IMG/VR virus record: IMGVR_UViG_3300021400_000379
Coordinates: 1 to 64,000 of that record
Strand: one strand, 5' to 3'
DNA from: a virus
Lineage: Duplodnaviria > Caudoviricetes
DNA length: 64,000 nt
Shown here in pieces: positions 28,792-39,327 of the stretch. The notes beneath the pieces were generated by a model. It had not been told where the DNA came from, ran no database searches, and was given only the letters and a program-made list of their open reading frames with translations. Made by a program: the position numbers and the translations under genes. Within the stretch, counting starts at the first letter, position 1, and each line of letters starts with the position of its first letter.

Positions 28792-31700
28792 TTTTCTCAG
28801 CCTCCTTATCTTTTTTATCTTTGATGCTGGACTCCTTCTTCTTCTGAGCCGCCCTGAGTTTTTTAGCCTGTTCCAGACCTTTCTTTCCGCCACGCATGGC
28901 CGCATTCTGTGCATCGATTTCCGAGTTGACATCCTCGTTAATCTTGGCCTCTTTCATCTTAGGTTCAGATGGCGCCTCGGGCGATTTGGATTCATCTTTG
29001 CCCACACCCTGGTCTCCTGCAACCCCTCCTTTGAATGATTGGCTGTCGATGTAATCCCTAAGTAAAGTGTCAGCCTTTGTCCAGTCTGCCTGATTCTTAC
29101 TACCATATAGCTTACGGAATACCTCAAATGGTTGCCACATCCACGTATTTTTAGTATCTCCAGATAGATCTTTCCATCCTGGGAGAAGCCTGTCATAATC
29201 CTTCTCTTCAAAGTGCTTCACATTGGGGTCAGCAATATTGAGTCCTTTATTCAAGAATTCCCTGATTTTAGCCCCATTACGTAGTTGATTAGCACTGGAG
29301 AATAATCCGTTTATCTCATCATCGCTTAGTGGCGCGTCTAGTTTAAATTTAGCAATCCTCGCTTTAATCTTGTTAAATGCGTCGGTGGCCGCCTTCCATT
29401 CCTGAACTGCCCCTTTTGGCATGGAATATGCCTTGCCGTTGAACATTCCGCCCTTCTCTCCTTCGAAGATACGCTTTAAACGCTCATCTTCCTCCCCCTT
29501 ATGGTCGGATTCTGTACGAAGATATGGCATTTTGTCACCGGTCAAGCCATACAGAAGCCTCTGGGTGGGCTCGAACATCTTATCCGAGAATGGGTCCACA
29601 ATCACGGATCCTTTTCCGGATTTACGGTCATTGTAAGCTTCCTCTACGAGGTGTTTCAGCGCGGTGAATGCGTTAGCAACACGTGCATAAGGTGTATTGA
29701 CCACATCCGTTAAGAAATCCGTCTTGGGGCTATACGCCTGCCGGATAAGTGTCTCGAGGTCGTTATCTTTTTGAGATTCCTTCCTCATATCATTCCACTC
29801 TTTTGTAGACAGGTCATCCCTTCCGATATTCTCTGCCCACAATTTCCAGAAGTCCGCAGTATGTTTGAATGGGTCGATATATCCCTTCTTATACAGATTC
29901 TTAGCGTATGCTCCTGCGCCACCATCGGGGAATATGCCCTCTGGCTCAATATAATCTCCTTGGATCAAGGAATTATATACCTTGTCCGACTCGGGGATTT
30001 CCATTTTAGGTATTTTTCCGCTCTTCCACTGGTTTCCTATCAAACTTCCTGGTCCAGAATCCTTCATACGGGTAGAGGTGAGGAAGAATATCGGATTAGC
30101 ATTTCTTGACCAAGGATACTTTGCATTATATGCAAGTTGATCCAAGAACTCATACTCTGTAGGTGAGACTTGAAGGTCTAATGACTTTGGGTCTCCAGAT
30201 TCCATCTCTGGGCGGTATATCGCTCTTGCTCTGGATAGTTGAGGAATGGCTGCAGCTGGTTCTACACCCGATTGGTGGAAATAATCCAGAACTGCTCTGT
30301 CAAACTTATTAGGGAGGAGTTTCTTCAAGATACGGTAAGACCTATCAAATGAATTTAATTGCTCATCACCCGATACAGAGATATTACTTCCTGAATATGC
30401 CTCATCCTGATCAGGATAGGTGTTCTCTAACCTCTCGGCAATTTCTTTGAGTGTCCTATAATTATCCCCGATATTCGCAAGTTTCTTAGACTCCTCAAAC
30501 TGTGCTCTGGCGCGGTCTCCCTCATGGAATAGGTTAGATTGATTAATCACTCCCTCGTAGAGAGGCTGTTCTACGCCATGTGTGTTGCGGTCCCAAGGTA
30601 TGGGTGCGTCGATTCTGAGGTTACCCCCTTCGTCGAACATTTTGTTTCCATATTCTCCCTTAAGCGTGTCGTAGAGTTCATTATCAAACGCCGCGCTCTC
30701 GTCGTGGTGCCTCTGTACTCTCTCGTTGAAAGTATTCTCGTTGAGTGACTTGATATTCTCCTCTATCTTGGATTTTGCCGATTCAAGATTGGAAATCACC
30801 TTATCAAACCATTTCTTGCTAGCCAGCCTCTTCCAGATTTTATCTTGATTTTCTCCTCTGATTGCAGAGTCGAGAGTCTCATCTATCTCTCCCGCAGCAG
30901 GGTTATACATGAATCCCTCGTTCGGATTTGACGGATTAGGCATGTATACAAGGTCTGGGAATTTCTCGTGGAAGAGATCCAATGTTGCCTTTGCGTCAGC
31001 CGCGTTCGGGTCTCCCTCCTTTTTACTCAGATTCAGCAAATTAGTGTACTGGCTGTACATCTCTGGGTCATTATGGCGCTGGAGATAGTCATAAGTTTTA
31101 TTTGCAGTAGCCCGTGTATCACTGAGGGCACGGGATTCAAGTTTCTTCTTAATATCCTCCAGAGTAGTTGTTAACGTTGCAATCTGTTGATCTTTATCAA
31201 CTGGTTGGGCTTGAGCTGTTTGCTGCCTCTCGTATGCTTGGTCGAGAATAGAATTAAACTCGGGCATACGACTTGCGAGGTCAGTATTATGCTCCGATAA
31301 CCAGTCTCTAAAATTCGGATATACAGATTGTAGGTATCCACTAAGCCCGGTGGACCCGCGAGGCAGTGGTAACACCCCCAACTGGGATGGAGACAATCCG
31401 AATATCTTTGCATTGTCATCTTGCCCAGATGCGAATGCTTTAAGTGCGTCAACCGAAGGGTGATCTGGATTATCTGGATTCTTCATCGCGTCCTTAAGAT
31501 TTTTATTCTTGGTATATAGCGTACTGGCAAGAGTGCGTTCCGCATTGGGATTTGTTGTAAAGTCCCTCCATCCCTCATAACCTTCATTACCCTCATTAAG
31601 TTGCGGATATTCATTCAGGATTGCATCTAATACACGGTTCTCATACGAGTCCCTATCTAACAATACACCATTATTATAAAGTGCAGAGTTAAGCCATTCC

Positions 31701-32887
31701 TCGCCCTCATCGCCCACGAGTGTAGGTGGTGTGTAAGTGGGGTTTCCTCCATCGAATTTGTATTTAGCTGGATTCTTACGCCCCTTCAGGTCCTTTTTCC
31801 ACTGACCACGCTCTACTGCTCTGAATCCCTTAGCAGTATTAGTCGAGCCTTTACCACGTTCGGTAATCTGAGAGGTTGAATTATCCTTACCAAGTATATT
31901 CGCGGATAATGGTTCGAATAAACTCTTGATGAACATTTTACGAGTATTCGGGTCAGATGACAAGTCAATATTGTACCTACTCATCAATTGATCCAAAGGC
32001 TCCCCCTCATTAGGGTCCCATTCATCGGGCCAAATCGCTTCCAGAGCTTCATTAACCCCCTCCTCCATATCACTAGGATTGTTTCTATTCAGATATGATC
32101 CAAGGGTTTGCTCTATATTCCTGTCTCCTGGTCCAGGGGGAATTAACGACGCGAGAGTCTTAATCAGTTGCGCGTAGTCTGATTTCTCGCTTGTAGGAGT
32201 CTCAATAACCTTAAGGTTATACCTCCCAGTGTCTGCATAAGGTGAGGGTAAATATTTTCCTCCCTGGGGAACATAGGCCCTACTGGTTGCTTTATCGTAG
32301 TCCTTGACCCTTCCGCTAACCCTCATAGCCTTTGCAATAGGCTCGCCTCCGCCAAGTTCATTGACTGGGACGGAGGCTGAGAGAGGGGCTATATCGTTCT
32401 GAAGTGCCACGAGGTTACCCTGGACGTTTGTCAACTTCATGAGCTTACCGATGTCGCCTGCGTCAAGTGCTTGATGAGCCGCCTCAGAAATTGCATTGAC
32501 CAGCTGGTCAAAGATGGCCATGACTTTGTCATCTCCATCGTTTGCGTTGACTGCATCCGCGATGGGCTCCGTGGGGAGTTCTGCAAGGTCTGCCTTCATC
32601 ATAGGCTCACCCTCTTCACCCTCTTCCTGTGCAGGGGGTACTGGGGGCATACCTCCACCCATCATAGCCATGGGGTTAGGTTGTTCAGCTTGGAGGGCCT
32701 GCTCGTTTGCCACTTGGTTTTCCTCACCGTCAATGGCTTCTTTAAGCTCCGGCAGTACCTTTGTGTCTTGTTCAATCTCGTTGAGCTGTGCAGAGAGCAC
32801 GTTAAGCTGTTCTCTGATAGAGTTCGCCTTCTGAATACCGCTAAGGGTACGTTTAAACTCGTCCCAGTCAGAATTTACACTATCCAT
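28781..32887 (-). CDS. large head-associated protein (1368 aa), scaffold-like N-terminus plus unknown body
   Basis: Between protease and capsid genes; IQKA, MMKA, IAKA motifs. Confidence 0.7.
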   Translation of the reverse strand: MDSVNSDWDEFKRTLSGIQKANSIREQLNVLSAQLNEIEQDTKVLPELKEAIDGEENQVANEQALQAEQPNPMAMMGGGMPPVPPAQEEGEEGEPMMKADLAELPTEPIADAVNANDGDDKVMAIFDQLVNAISEAAHQALDAGDIGKLMKLTNVQGNLVALQNDIAPLSASVPVNELGGGEPIAKAMRVSGRVKDYDKATSRAYVPQGGKYLPSPYADTGRYNLKVIETPTSEKSDYAQLIKTLASLIPPGPGDRNIEQTLGSYLNRNNPSDMEEGVNEALEAIWPDEWDPNEGEPLDQLMSRYNIDLSSDPNTRKMFIKSLFEPLSANILGKDNSTSQITERGKGSTNTAKGFRAVERGQWKKDLKGRKNPAKYKFDGGNPTYTPPTLVGDEGEEWLNSALYNNGVLLDRDSYENRVLDAILNEYPQLNEGNEGYEGWRDFTTNPNAERTLASTLYTKNKNLKDAMKNPDNPDHPSVDALKAFASGQDDNAKIFGLSPSQLGVLPLPRGSTGLSGYLQSVYPNFRDWLSEHNTDLASRMPEFNSILDQAYERQQTAQAQPVDKDQQIATLTTTLEDIKKKLESRALSDTRATANKTYDYLQRHNDPEMYSQYTNLLNLSKKEGDPNAADAKATLDLFHEKFPDLVYMPNPSNPNEGFMYNPAAGEIDETLDSAIRGENQDKIWKRLASKKWFDKVISNLESAKSKIEENIKSLNENTFNERVQRHHDESAAFDNELYDTLKGEYGNKMFDEGGNLRIDAPIPWDRNTHGVEQPLYEGVINQSNLFHEGDRARAQFEESKKLANIGDNYRTLKEIAERLENTYPDQDEAYSGSNISVSGDEQLNSFDRSYRILKKLLPNKFDRAVLDYFHQSGVEPAAAIPQLSRARAIYRPEMESGDPKSLDLQVSPTEYEFLDQLAYNAKYPWSRNANPIFFLTSTRMKDSGPGSLIGNQWKSGKIPKMEIPESDKVYNSLIQGDYIEPEGIFPDGGAGAYAKNLYKKGYIDPFKHTADFWKLWAENIGRDDLSTKEWNDMRKESQKDNDLETLIRQAYSPKTDFLTDVVNTPYARVANAFTALKHLVEEAYNDRKSGKGSVIVDPFSDKMFEPTQRLLYGLTGDKMPYLRTESDHKGEEDERLKRIFEGEKGGMFNGKAYSMPKGAVQEWKAATDAFNKIKARIAKFKLDAPLSDDEINGLFSSANQLRNGAKIREFLNKGLNIADPNVKHFEEKDYDRLLPGWKDLSGDTKNTWMWQPFEVFRKLYGSKNQADWTKADTLLRDYIDSQSFKGGVAGDQGVGKDESKSPEAPSEPKMKEAKINEDVNSEIDAQNAAMRGGKKGLEQAKKLRAAQKKKESSIKDKKDKEAEKNDA

Positions 32888-32925
32888 AGTGATTACCTAT
32901 CTAAGAATTGCGTTCCTTCTATATA

Positions 32926-33948
32926 TCAGATGAACCTCGTAAGGCGATAATACCCATCATCGTCCTTCACGATCAGGCCATCTGAGACATACTTGGTGAA
33001 CTCGTCCTTAGATATTTTCTCGGTGAGGTGTCCGTCTTTGGTAATCGACCCAGATTTACGTAATGCGGTGTACGCATCCTTCATAACTGCCTCTCTGGGA
33101 CGTACAAATAATCCCTCTGCGGTAGGTGAACTCCAATACCCCATCGCAGCTAGGTCAGTCATCTCCTCGAGGAGGTGATTGGGCTGAACTGTCACAGTAC
33201 ATCCGTTCGTTTTGGCATGCACATCAGAATACCCAGCATCTCTCAGAGATTTCTTGAGTGCTTGTATTGGGCAAGCGGTATAATCCTTATGTATCTCGTA
33301 GGATTCTACTTCCAAGGTGAAGGGAGACTCCGTCGCAGACTTGGTAAGTTTAGCGTTCCTGTTGTACCAGACCATAGTCGCTTCTTTATTAGCTGGCACT
33401 GTACACAGGGATATCTCGAGCAACTGTGTCACATGCCTACGGGTGTAGCACCCTTTATCATCACACTGGTACACTCCCTGGTCGGCTTCTCCGCCGATTG
33501 AAAGGCTACTCTTACCGTTCAGGAAAGACTGACGTGTTGCGTCGTAGATTATGTCCCCGCCGAATACATTACCCCACACTTGGAGCCCGGGTTTTCCCTT
33601 ACTTGTGATCGGGTCCCAGCCCCATATCGTCGCAACATTGTAGTTACCGTGCTCGTTCTGGACATTGCCCCCGTATTTCATGAAGGAGTTCATGTGGTCC
33701 ATGATTGACCTGACATCGATGACCTCATTATCCTTGTCAATGATCTCCACAGAGGCTTTGATACAGAAGCTGAAGCTGGAGGGGGCGGTTTTAACTGCCT
33801 CCCATGCTTTACGCCTGGCTGCAATTACATCGTCGTCCGAGGGATTTTCAGGGATTACCGAATTGTACACGTACATCCACGCTTGTGCATCCGCATCATC
33901 GAGAGATGAGGTAACTTGTGTAGGCAGTTCCGAAATATTCGTATACAT
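32926..33948 (-). CDS. prohead (HK97-type) maturation protease, with ChaB-like N-terminus
   Basis: ASVEIIDKDNE, QNEH, SLSIGG, LLEISLCTVPAN; N-terminal ELP..V...L...AQ.W...YN...AW.AVK. Confidence 0.85.
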   Translation of the reverse strand: MYTNISELPTQVTSSLDDADAQAWMYVYNSVIPENPSDDDVIAARRKAWEAVKTAPSSFSFCIKASVEIIDKDNEVIDVRSIMDHMNSFMKYGGNVQNEHGNYNVATIWGWDPITSKGKPGLQVWGNVFGGDIIYDATRQSFLNGKSSLSIGGEADQGVYQCDDKGCYTRRHVTQLLEISLCTVPANKEATMVWYNRNAKLTKSATESPFTLEVESYEIHKDYTACPIQALKKSLRDAGYSDVHAKTNGCTVTVQPNHLLEEMTDLAAMGYWSSPTAEGLFVRPREAVMKDAYTALRKSGSITKDGHLTEKISKDEFTKYVSDGLIVKDDDGYYRLTRFI

Positions 33949-34667
33949 CAGGGTGACCTCCAGTACTTGGTCGGACGCTTTCCGCCCTTTCCGAGAGATG
34001 AGTCCTCCCATACCGATTCGGGCAGGTCCGCACCGTTAGTGTCTTGACCGTCGACGACGACTTCTCCCCCTACAATGGACCAATTGGAGATAGGTTCGAA
34101 TTTATAGCTGTCCTTCAGAACACCCGTAATCTCCATGCCATTGTACTCGAAGACGTCTTTGATCTTCTTGCAGAGCTTTTCGGCGATTTCCAGGATTGTT
34201 CCCCCCTCATCTATGAAGGAGGTCGCGTTCCCTTCTCCGCCTCCGATCTCACGCATGATCAGGTCTATAGACGACCTCACTGCTGGGCTGGGTGCGGTAC
34301 CTTCCTTATTGATTTTGTCTATGAATGCCATGGTAAGTTTACGCATACGGTTCTCATCGGGCGCGGTACGAATCCTCTTAGCAACCCAATTGCGCATCCT
34401 CTCCACGGTCTCGGCACTATTTGGGTCTAGCTGATTCTCTCTGGGTAATGTGCCAAACTCGACCAATGGTGCATATGGGCAGTCCGAATATACTATTGCG
34501 GGTTGAAGTTTCAGGACACCGTCCTTTGTATTTTCTTCTATGGAGTCGTCCATCATACCCTCTAGGAGGTCCTGAAGAAGGTCTGCACTGCCCTCTTCAT
34601 CTATGTCGATATCCATTTCAATCTTGACCTGGATCGTAACCTCTTCAGGGGTATCTGACGCCATCAC
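33948..34667 (-). CDS. HK97 gp10-like neck or minor morphogenesis protein
   Basis: PYAPLVEFGT motif; GT.P.P. Confidence 0.6.
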   Translation of the reverse strand: MMASDTPEEVTIQVKIEMDIDIDEEGSADLLQDLLEGMMDDSIEENTKDGVLKLQPAIVYSDCPYAPLVEFGTLPRENQLDPNSAETVERMRNWVAKRIRTAPDENRMRKLTMAFIDKINKEGTAPSPAVRSSIDLIMREIGGGEGNATSFIDEGGTILEIAEKLCKKIKDVFEYNGMEITGVLKDSYKFEPISNWSIVGGEVVVDGQDTNGADLPESVWEDSSLGKGGKRPTKYWRSP

Positions 34668-36427
34668 ATCGCTCCTGCTTCTCCATCTGCTTCATCCATG
34701 GACTCGTCAACCTCGCTTTTGGTCGCGTCGATTTCCGGGTCCTCCCTGCGGGCGGTGCCCTTGTCTGGTCCTCCGTGTTCCCTGTTCGGGTCCTCGGTAC
34801 CCATCGGAGGGGCCTGTGGAGCCATTGCCTGCATCTGCATCTGTGCGGCTTGCATCTGTTCCTGAGCTCTGCGCTGAATCTGGTCTATCGGCTCCTCGGA
34901 ATAACGGAACTCACCGTCCTCACAGAAGATGTCGAATCCGAGCTGCTTCATCCTAGAGATGAATTCAAGTTCATCCATACGCTTCTTGTGCTCGGTGTGT
35001 GCCTTGGATGGGCGGTCTACAACAAGGGAATAATCCTGGATCTGCGGGACCCAGCCTACGAAGAACTTAAGCAGGTTATCGACCCTATTAAAGAATCCTT
35101 GGATAGACCTGTCGAAGACTGTGATCTGCTGGCTCTCGTTATTCAATCCTCCGCTGGACTGAGAATCACCTGAAAATATGTCGGTTACACCGACATGGGT
35201 ACACATCCTGCGCCTGACGTCATCCTTGACTGCCAGTGCCTCATCGATGCTCTCCGCACCAAGCTCGATTGCCTGGGCTTTAAGTTCAGGCGTTCCGGGG
35301 AGAGGAGGTGGAGTACAGACGATCGGGATGGACGAGTTGTTGGTCGCAAGGATGGACTGGATACCCTGGGTAATCGCTTCTGCGGCATCGTCGTCAAATC
35401 CGGGAAGCAGGAGAATCTTACGGACATATCCGTTCTGGTACCTCTTGTATAGGAGCTTCTCGATATAGTGGTACACAAGGATGTCGTCCTCCATATCAAA
35501 CCAGATGGGGACTCCGTAGATGAGTGACTGTGTGAACCATTTATCCTGATACACTTCTTCTCCGGTATAGTACCAACATGGGCCGGTACCTCCGTAGTTC
35601 ATACCAATCTGCCACTCTGCTGGGTATAAGACCTCTCCCGCATCAGTCATAGTCTGCATGACCTCTGGATTCTCATCCAGATCATACATCACCTGTCTGT
35701 TACTCCTTGTAAATCCATATTTGGTACCGGGTTTACCGGTGTCGTCATACAGGTACTTCACATATTTCGGGTCTTGGAATAGGAACTCCATAGGGTAGGC
35801 GCGGATGAGCTCACCCGTCTCATGATCTACCACATCGCCCGTAATACATACAATATACGCTTGGTTGTTCTGAATTTCAGAATATGCGTATGCAAATACG
35901 ACATCCAGCAGGGACTGATGGCTGTCGTTGGCTTCCTCCAGGAAGGATTTCCCGTTAGGCCTTCTGAAGTATTCCAACTGGTGGGGGTCGGGCTTTCTTA
36001 ATTTGGTGCCCCCGCATTTCGGACATTTGTGTGCATATGTCTGCAACTCATATCCGCAAGAGGGATTCATACACTTCAGATAGAAATTTGGAACCCATGT
36101 GAGTCCATATCTCAAAACCTCCCTGGGAATTGTGAGTTCGAGGGAAGATAATGCCGAACATTCACTGGTATACCAGTCCATAAGTGCATAATTGTGCCAG
36201 AAACTCGTTACACCGTTATACCTGTACAAGAGGTTGGTCGGACGTTCTCCTCCAACCACGTCAACAGATTGGTGGATCCGAGACCTCGCAACCGCACTAT
36301 CCAAGTCCGCTCCAAAAGCCTCCTTTGGCGCGCCCATAAAGGATTCAAAAGTGTTCACAGGTGTCGCGGGTGACCTCTCTGCAATAGATGATTTGGATAA
36401 ACGGCCCGACCCGTAGACTTTTACCAT
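34664..36427 (-). CDS. portal protein with Zn-ribbon insertion
   Basis: Follows terminase; YGVP, GGLNNESQQITV; CMNPSC...CPKC insertion. Confidence 0.85.
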   Translation of the reverse strand: MVKVYGSGRLSKSSIAERSPATPVNTFESFMGAPKEAFGADLDSAVARSRIHQSVDVVGGERPTNLLYRYNGVTSFWHNYALMDWYTSECSALSSLELTIPREVLRYGLTWVPNFYLKCMNPSCGYELQTYAHKCPKCGGTKLRKPDPHQLEYFRRPNGKSFLEEANDSHQSLLDVVFAYAYSEIQNNQAYIVCITGDVVDHETGELIRAYPMEFLFQDPKYVKYLYDDTGKPGTKYGFTRSNRQVMYDLDENPEVMQTMTDAGEVLYPAEWQIGMNYGGTGPCWYYTGEEVYQDKWFTQSLIYGVPIWFDMEDDILVYHYIEKLLYKRYQNGYVRKILLLPGFDDDAAEAITQGIQSILATNNSSIPIVCTPPPLPGTPELKAQAIELGAESIDEALAVKDDVRRRMCTHVGVTDIFSGDSQSSGGLNNESQQITVFDRSIQGFFNRVDNLLKFFVGWVPQIQDYSLVVDRPSKAHTEHKKRMDELEFISRMKQLGFDIFCEDGEFRYSEEPIDQIQRRAQEQMQAAQMQMQAMAPQAPPMGTEDPNREHGGPDKGTARREDPEIDATKSEVDESMDEADGEAGAM

Positions 36428-36428
36428 A

Positions 36429-37952
36429 TTATCGCCTCATAATCTGATCATTTCTATTTATAGTGTAACCCAAGCGCTTGCTTTGAGTGACGGTTTGCGG
36501 GTCTACCTCTCCGCACACTCTGGGTGTAGTGCGTGCACCCTCGACAGGCGTCTCCACCGTGCCCAAGACGCGAACAGTGTTCTTCTTTTCCGCTGGAGGA
36601 ACATAGCTGTCTGAATCCAATGCAGACACGATTCCTCTGCCCTTCACGAAGAACTTGGCACATGCATACCTAAGAGCGTCCATAGCGTGATCAAAATCCT
36701 TCACAGGTTTACCCGTGAATTTTCCATCCTTGTCAACCTCATAACAGTAGTTATTGAGCTCAATGATTACGTTCCTGCACTTTGGATGTACGATGATGTG
36801 GTATGACTGGAGATTCTGGATTCCGTTCATCACCGAATCAGGACCCTTGAGTGCGGGCCTGATGCGGGGGAGCTGCCAGTGCACGACCGTGGAATTGACG
36901 TCGTCCAACTGTACCTCCTCATCAAATCCGTTTTGGAGTTCAAAGATGGACTTCGGCTCGGCGGCGTCTGCCCAGATCTCCTCTTTAGCGTATCCCATAG
37001 AGGTAAGCTTCTTGGCAATATCGATATTGGATAGGCCCTTTTCATACAATTCATCGTAGACCCAGATGATATGTTTATTGAGATCGATCAACACTGCTAC
37101 GAACGCGTTGAAGCTGATCTTATATCCAAAGTCTAACCCGAATGTGGATTTGACAGTGGGGGATTTCATTATCTCCCATGGGTCGAATTCCTTCTCCTCC
37201 CAATCCTCGTAGATGAGTCCTTCCGCAATACCCCAATCTCCGTCACAGATAACTCTCGCTGCACGAGGATTACGGACGTACATATCCTCGTAACGGACGA
37301 TATCATCGGGCCCTAGCCATTCGTTACACTTATACGTCGTGACCTTGGTGAAGATCCTGTCCTTCTCCTTCTCATGTGGATTGTCCCAGAACCTCTCCTT
37401 GAGCCAGGTGTGCTCTGACCAGGGGTTGAAGGTCAGAGTCACCTGCTTCCAAAGGCCTGTCTCAGGGGGCAGATAACCACGAATGGACATGACCAGCTTA
37501 TCAAAGTCGGCCTCATTGGTGATCTCATATGCCTCTTCGATCCAGACCCAGCAGAGGTATCCCTTACGTACCGTGATGGACGCAAGCTTCAGAGGGTCAT
37601 CCATACCTCTGAACAGAATGACTTGCCCTGTCTGGGTATTGGTAATCTGCAGAGGATTGACAGAGCATTTCCAATATTGTGTAGTTCCCGTGCGGTCGAT
37701 TGCCCATTGTAAATCTGTATAGCATGACTGCTGAAGCGTACCGAAGACCTTACGCACAACCAACGCATTGGCCTGCGGGTATTGCATCATCTTGAGAATC
37801 AGGTCTAAGGCAGTAGTCTTGGATTTCTTCGATCCTTTTGACCCTCTGCATACCCTATAGAACTTTTTGGTGCGGATAAAGTCATTATATCCGCCTCCAA
37901 AAAGTGCCCTCAAGCTTGTGACAGGGCGCTCATCCAGACTCGTCTGGGTCAT
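36429..37952 (-). CDS. terL: terminase large subunit (PBSX family)
   Basis: GSKGSKKS Walker A, WIEEA, LTFNP, GLDFG, ADAAEP, DHAMDALRY. Confidence 0.95.
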   Translation of the reverse strand: MTQTSLDERPVTSLRALFGGGYNDFIRTKKFYRVCRGSKGSKKSKTTALDLILKMMQYPQANALVVRKVFGTLQQSCYTDLQWAIDRTGTTQYWKCSVNPLQITNTQTGQVILFRGMDDPLKLASITVRKGYLCWVWIEEAYEITNEADFDKLVMSIRGYLPPETGLWKQVTLTFNPWSEHTWLKERFWDNPHEKEKDRIFTKVTTYKCNEWLGPDDIVRYEDMYVRNPRAARVICDGDWGIAEGLIYEDWEEKEFDPWEIMKSPTVKSTFGLDFGYKISFNAFVAVLIDLNKHIIWVYDELYEKGLSNIDIAKKLTSMGYAKEEIWADAAEPKSIFELQNGFDEEVQLDDVNSTVVHWQLPRIRPALKGPDSVMNGIQNLQSYHIIVHPKCRNVIIELNNYCYEVDKDGKFTGKPVKDFDHAMDALRYACAKFFVKGRGIVSALDSDSYVPPAEKKNTVRVLGTVETPVEGARTTPRVCGEVDPQTVTQSKRLGYTINRNDQIMRR

Positions 37953-38343
37953 TGTATATCACTGCGTTCTGAATTATAGACTCATCCTCAAGATCCTCTT
38001 TGGACTCGTGCTGTACATCCAGCGGTTCACCGAGTTCATCATCGCCCAAGTCATCCACGAAAACAGGTGTCTCCAAGGACACTTGGGACTCCTTGATTGG
38101 TTCCAGTCCGCCATATTTCATGAGGAATTCCGCAGCTCCGCGCTCACCGTTGCACGCCTGAAGGGCTTGAACGGATATGATACGGGTCTTGACGTCGGTG
38201 TTCTTCCCCTTGAGGTCTTCAAGGCTCATATTCTCCGCCAGCTCTACAAGCGCCTTTTTCTTGGTGTTGTTGATCGGTGTATCAAGCACCATCCTAATCA
38301 GGCGTTGCATATCTTGGCGGTCTTTGGTCGGTGTGACCATCAT
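37930..38343 (-). CDS. putative terminase small subunit
   Basis: Directly upstream of and overlapping terL; helical, 137 aa. Confidence 0.55.
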   Translation of the reverse strand: MMVTPTKDRQDMQRLIRMVLDTPINNTKKKALVELAENMSLEDLKGKNTDVKTRIISVQALQACNGERGAAEFLMKYGGLEPIKESQVSLETPVFVDDLGDDELGEPLDVQHESKEDLEDESIIQNAVIYNDPDESG

Positions 38344-38349
38344 CTCACC

Positions 38350-38565
38350 TCAGATAATATATCCTGGGTCAAGAGCACCCTCATATTGAGGATTCTTTTT
38401 AGTTTCGGTCACTTCTACCGATTTATAAATCAGGCGGAAACGATTAGCGAGTACCTCTGCATGCTCGTCGGGTGCTTCTGCGAGAAGTCTATATGTAGCA
38501 GTCTTCTTAGTACCATTTTTTGTGATGGCATTGGTGGATTCTACACCGTATATATACTTAGTCAT
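38350..38565 (-). CDS. hypothetical protein (likely leaderless)
   Basis: TTATATAG box about 25 nt upstream. Confidence 0.6.
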   Translation of the reverse strand: MTKYIYGVESTNAITKNGTKKTATYRLLAEAPDEHAEVLANRFRLIYKSVEVTETKKNPQYEGALDPGYII

Positions 38566-38592
38566 GATTACGAAATCACGCTACTATATAAT

Positions 38593-38627
38593 AAAAAGTT
38601 CCCCCGTTAGGGGGTTTTAAAAGGTTT
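38593..38627 (-). terminator. AAACCTTTT plus hairpin terminator
   Basis: On - strand: TGA AAACCTTTTAAAA CCCCC-TAAC-GGGGG AACTTTTT. Confidence 0.7.
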
Positions 38628-39296
38628 TCAGAGTCCGAGAAGCTTAGCGATGGCTGCTTTCTGCTCATCGCTCAGAGCCTTGGAGGAAGCTTCCTCAGCC
38701 ACAGGCTCAGCAGACTTATGAAACTGGTCGACGATTGCCTCCTCGAGGGGATCCACGACCTTTGCCTTGAATGTACCATCTGCGATGGGACGTCCGAAGA
38801 AGCGGTCGAAGATTGCAAAGACGACAATCTCAGTCATAACTGCGTAGAAGCAGCTTGTGTAGACGTTGGAAAAGTCAACGACAGTTCCAACGCCCGCGAC
38901 GAGGACAGCGAATGAACCGACGGAAGTGATTGCAATTCCGAGGAGCATTGCCATCTTATAGATGAAGTGGAATGTTTTGACCCTCTCGATTGCGATCTCA
39001 TCCTCAGGCTCACCCTTCTGAAGTGCTGCTGCACGCTCTGCGAGAACCTTGCTTCTCTTGATCTGGTAAGATACGAGGTAGGCTACGAGATACAGTACAA
39101 CTGCAGTCACGACGATTGCAACTGCAACGGGAATCACGAAGTCCCCTGGCATATAGACAATAGTATCCATATTACTCACCATTGCGCCAGCATATATCCA
39201 AATCCAGATTATAGGATAGACCGTCAGGTACCACAATACGAAGATTGCTAAGGGTATCTGGACAACCCCATCGTCTATTTTTGGAATCAGCCGCAC
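38628..39296 (-). CDS. multi-pass membrane protein (holin-like candidate)
   Basis: 3-4 hydrophobic segments; start uncertain. Confidence 0.6.
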   Translation of the reverse strand: MRLIPKIDDGVVQIPLAIFVLWYLTVYPIIWIWIYAGAMVSNMDTIVYMPGDFVIPVAVAIVVTAVVLYLVAYLVSYQIKRSKVLAERAAALQKGEPEDEIAIERVKTFHFIYKMAMLLGIAITSVGSFAVLVAGVGTVVDFSNVYTSCFYAVMTEIVVFAIFDRFFGRPIADGTFKAKVVDPLEEAIVDQFHKSAEPVAEEASSKALSDEQKAAIAKLLGL

Positions 39297-39327
39297 AAAT
39301 GATTAACCGAAATTAATCTATTTAAAG

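Noticed and set aside
36429-37952. Intein or intron in terminase
   Set aside because: Normal length with continuous motifs
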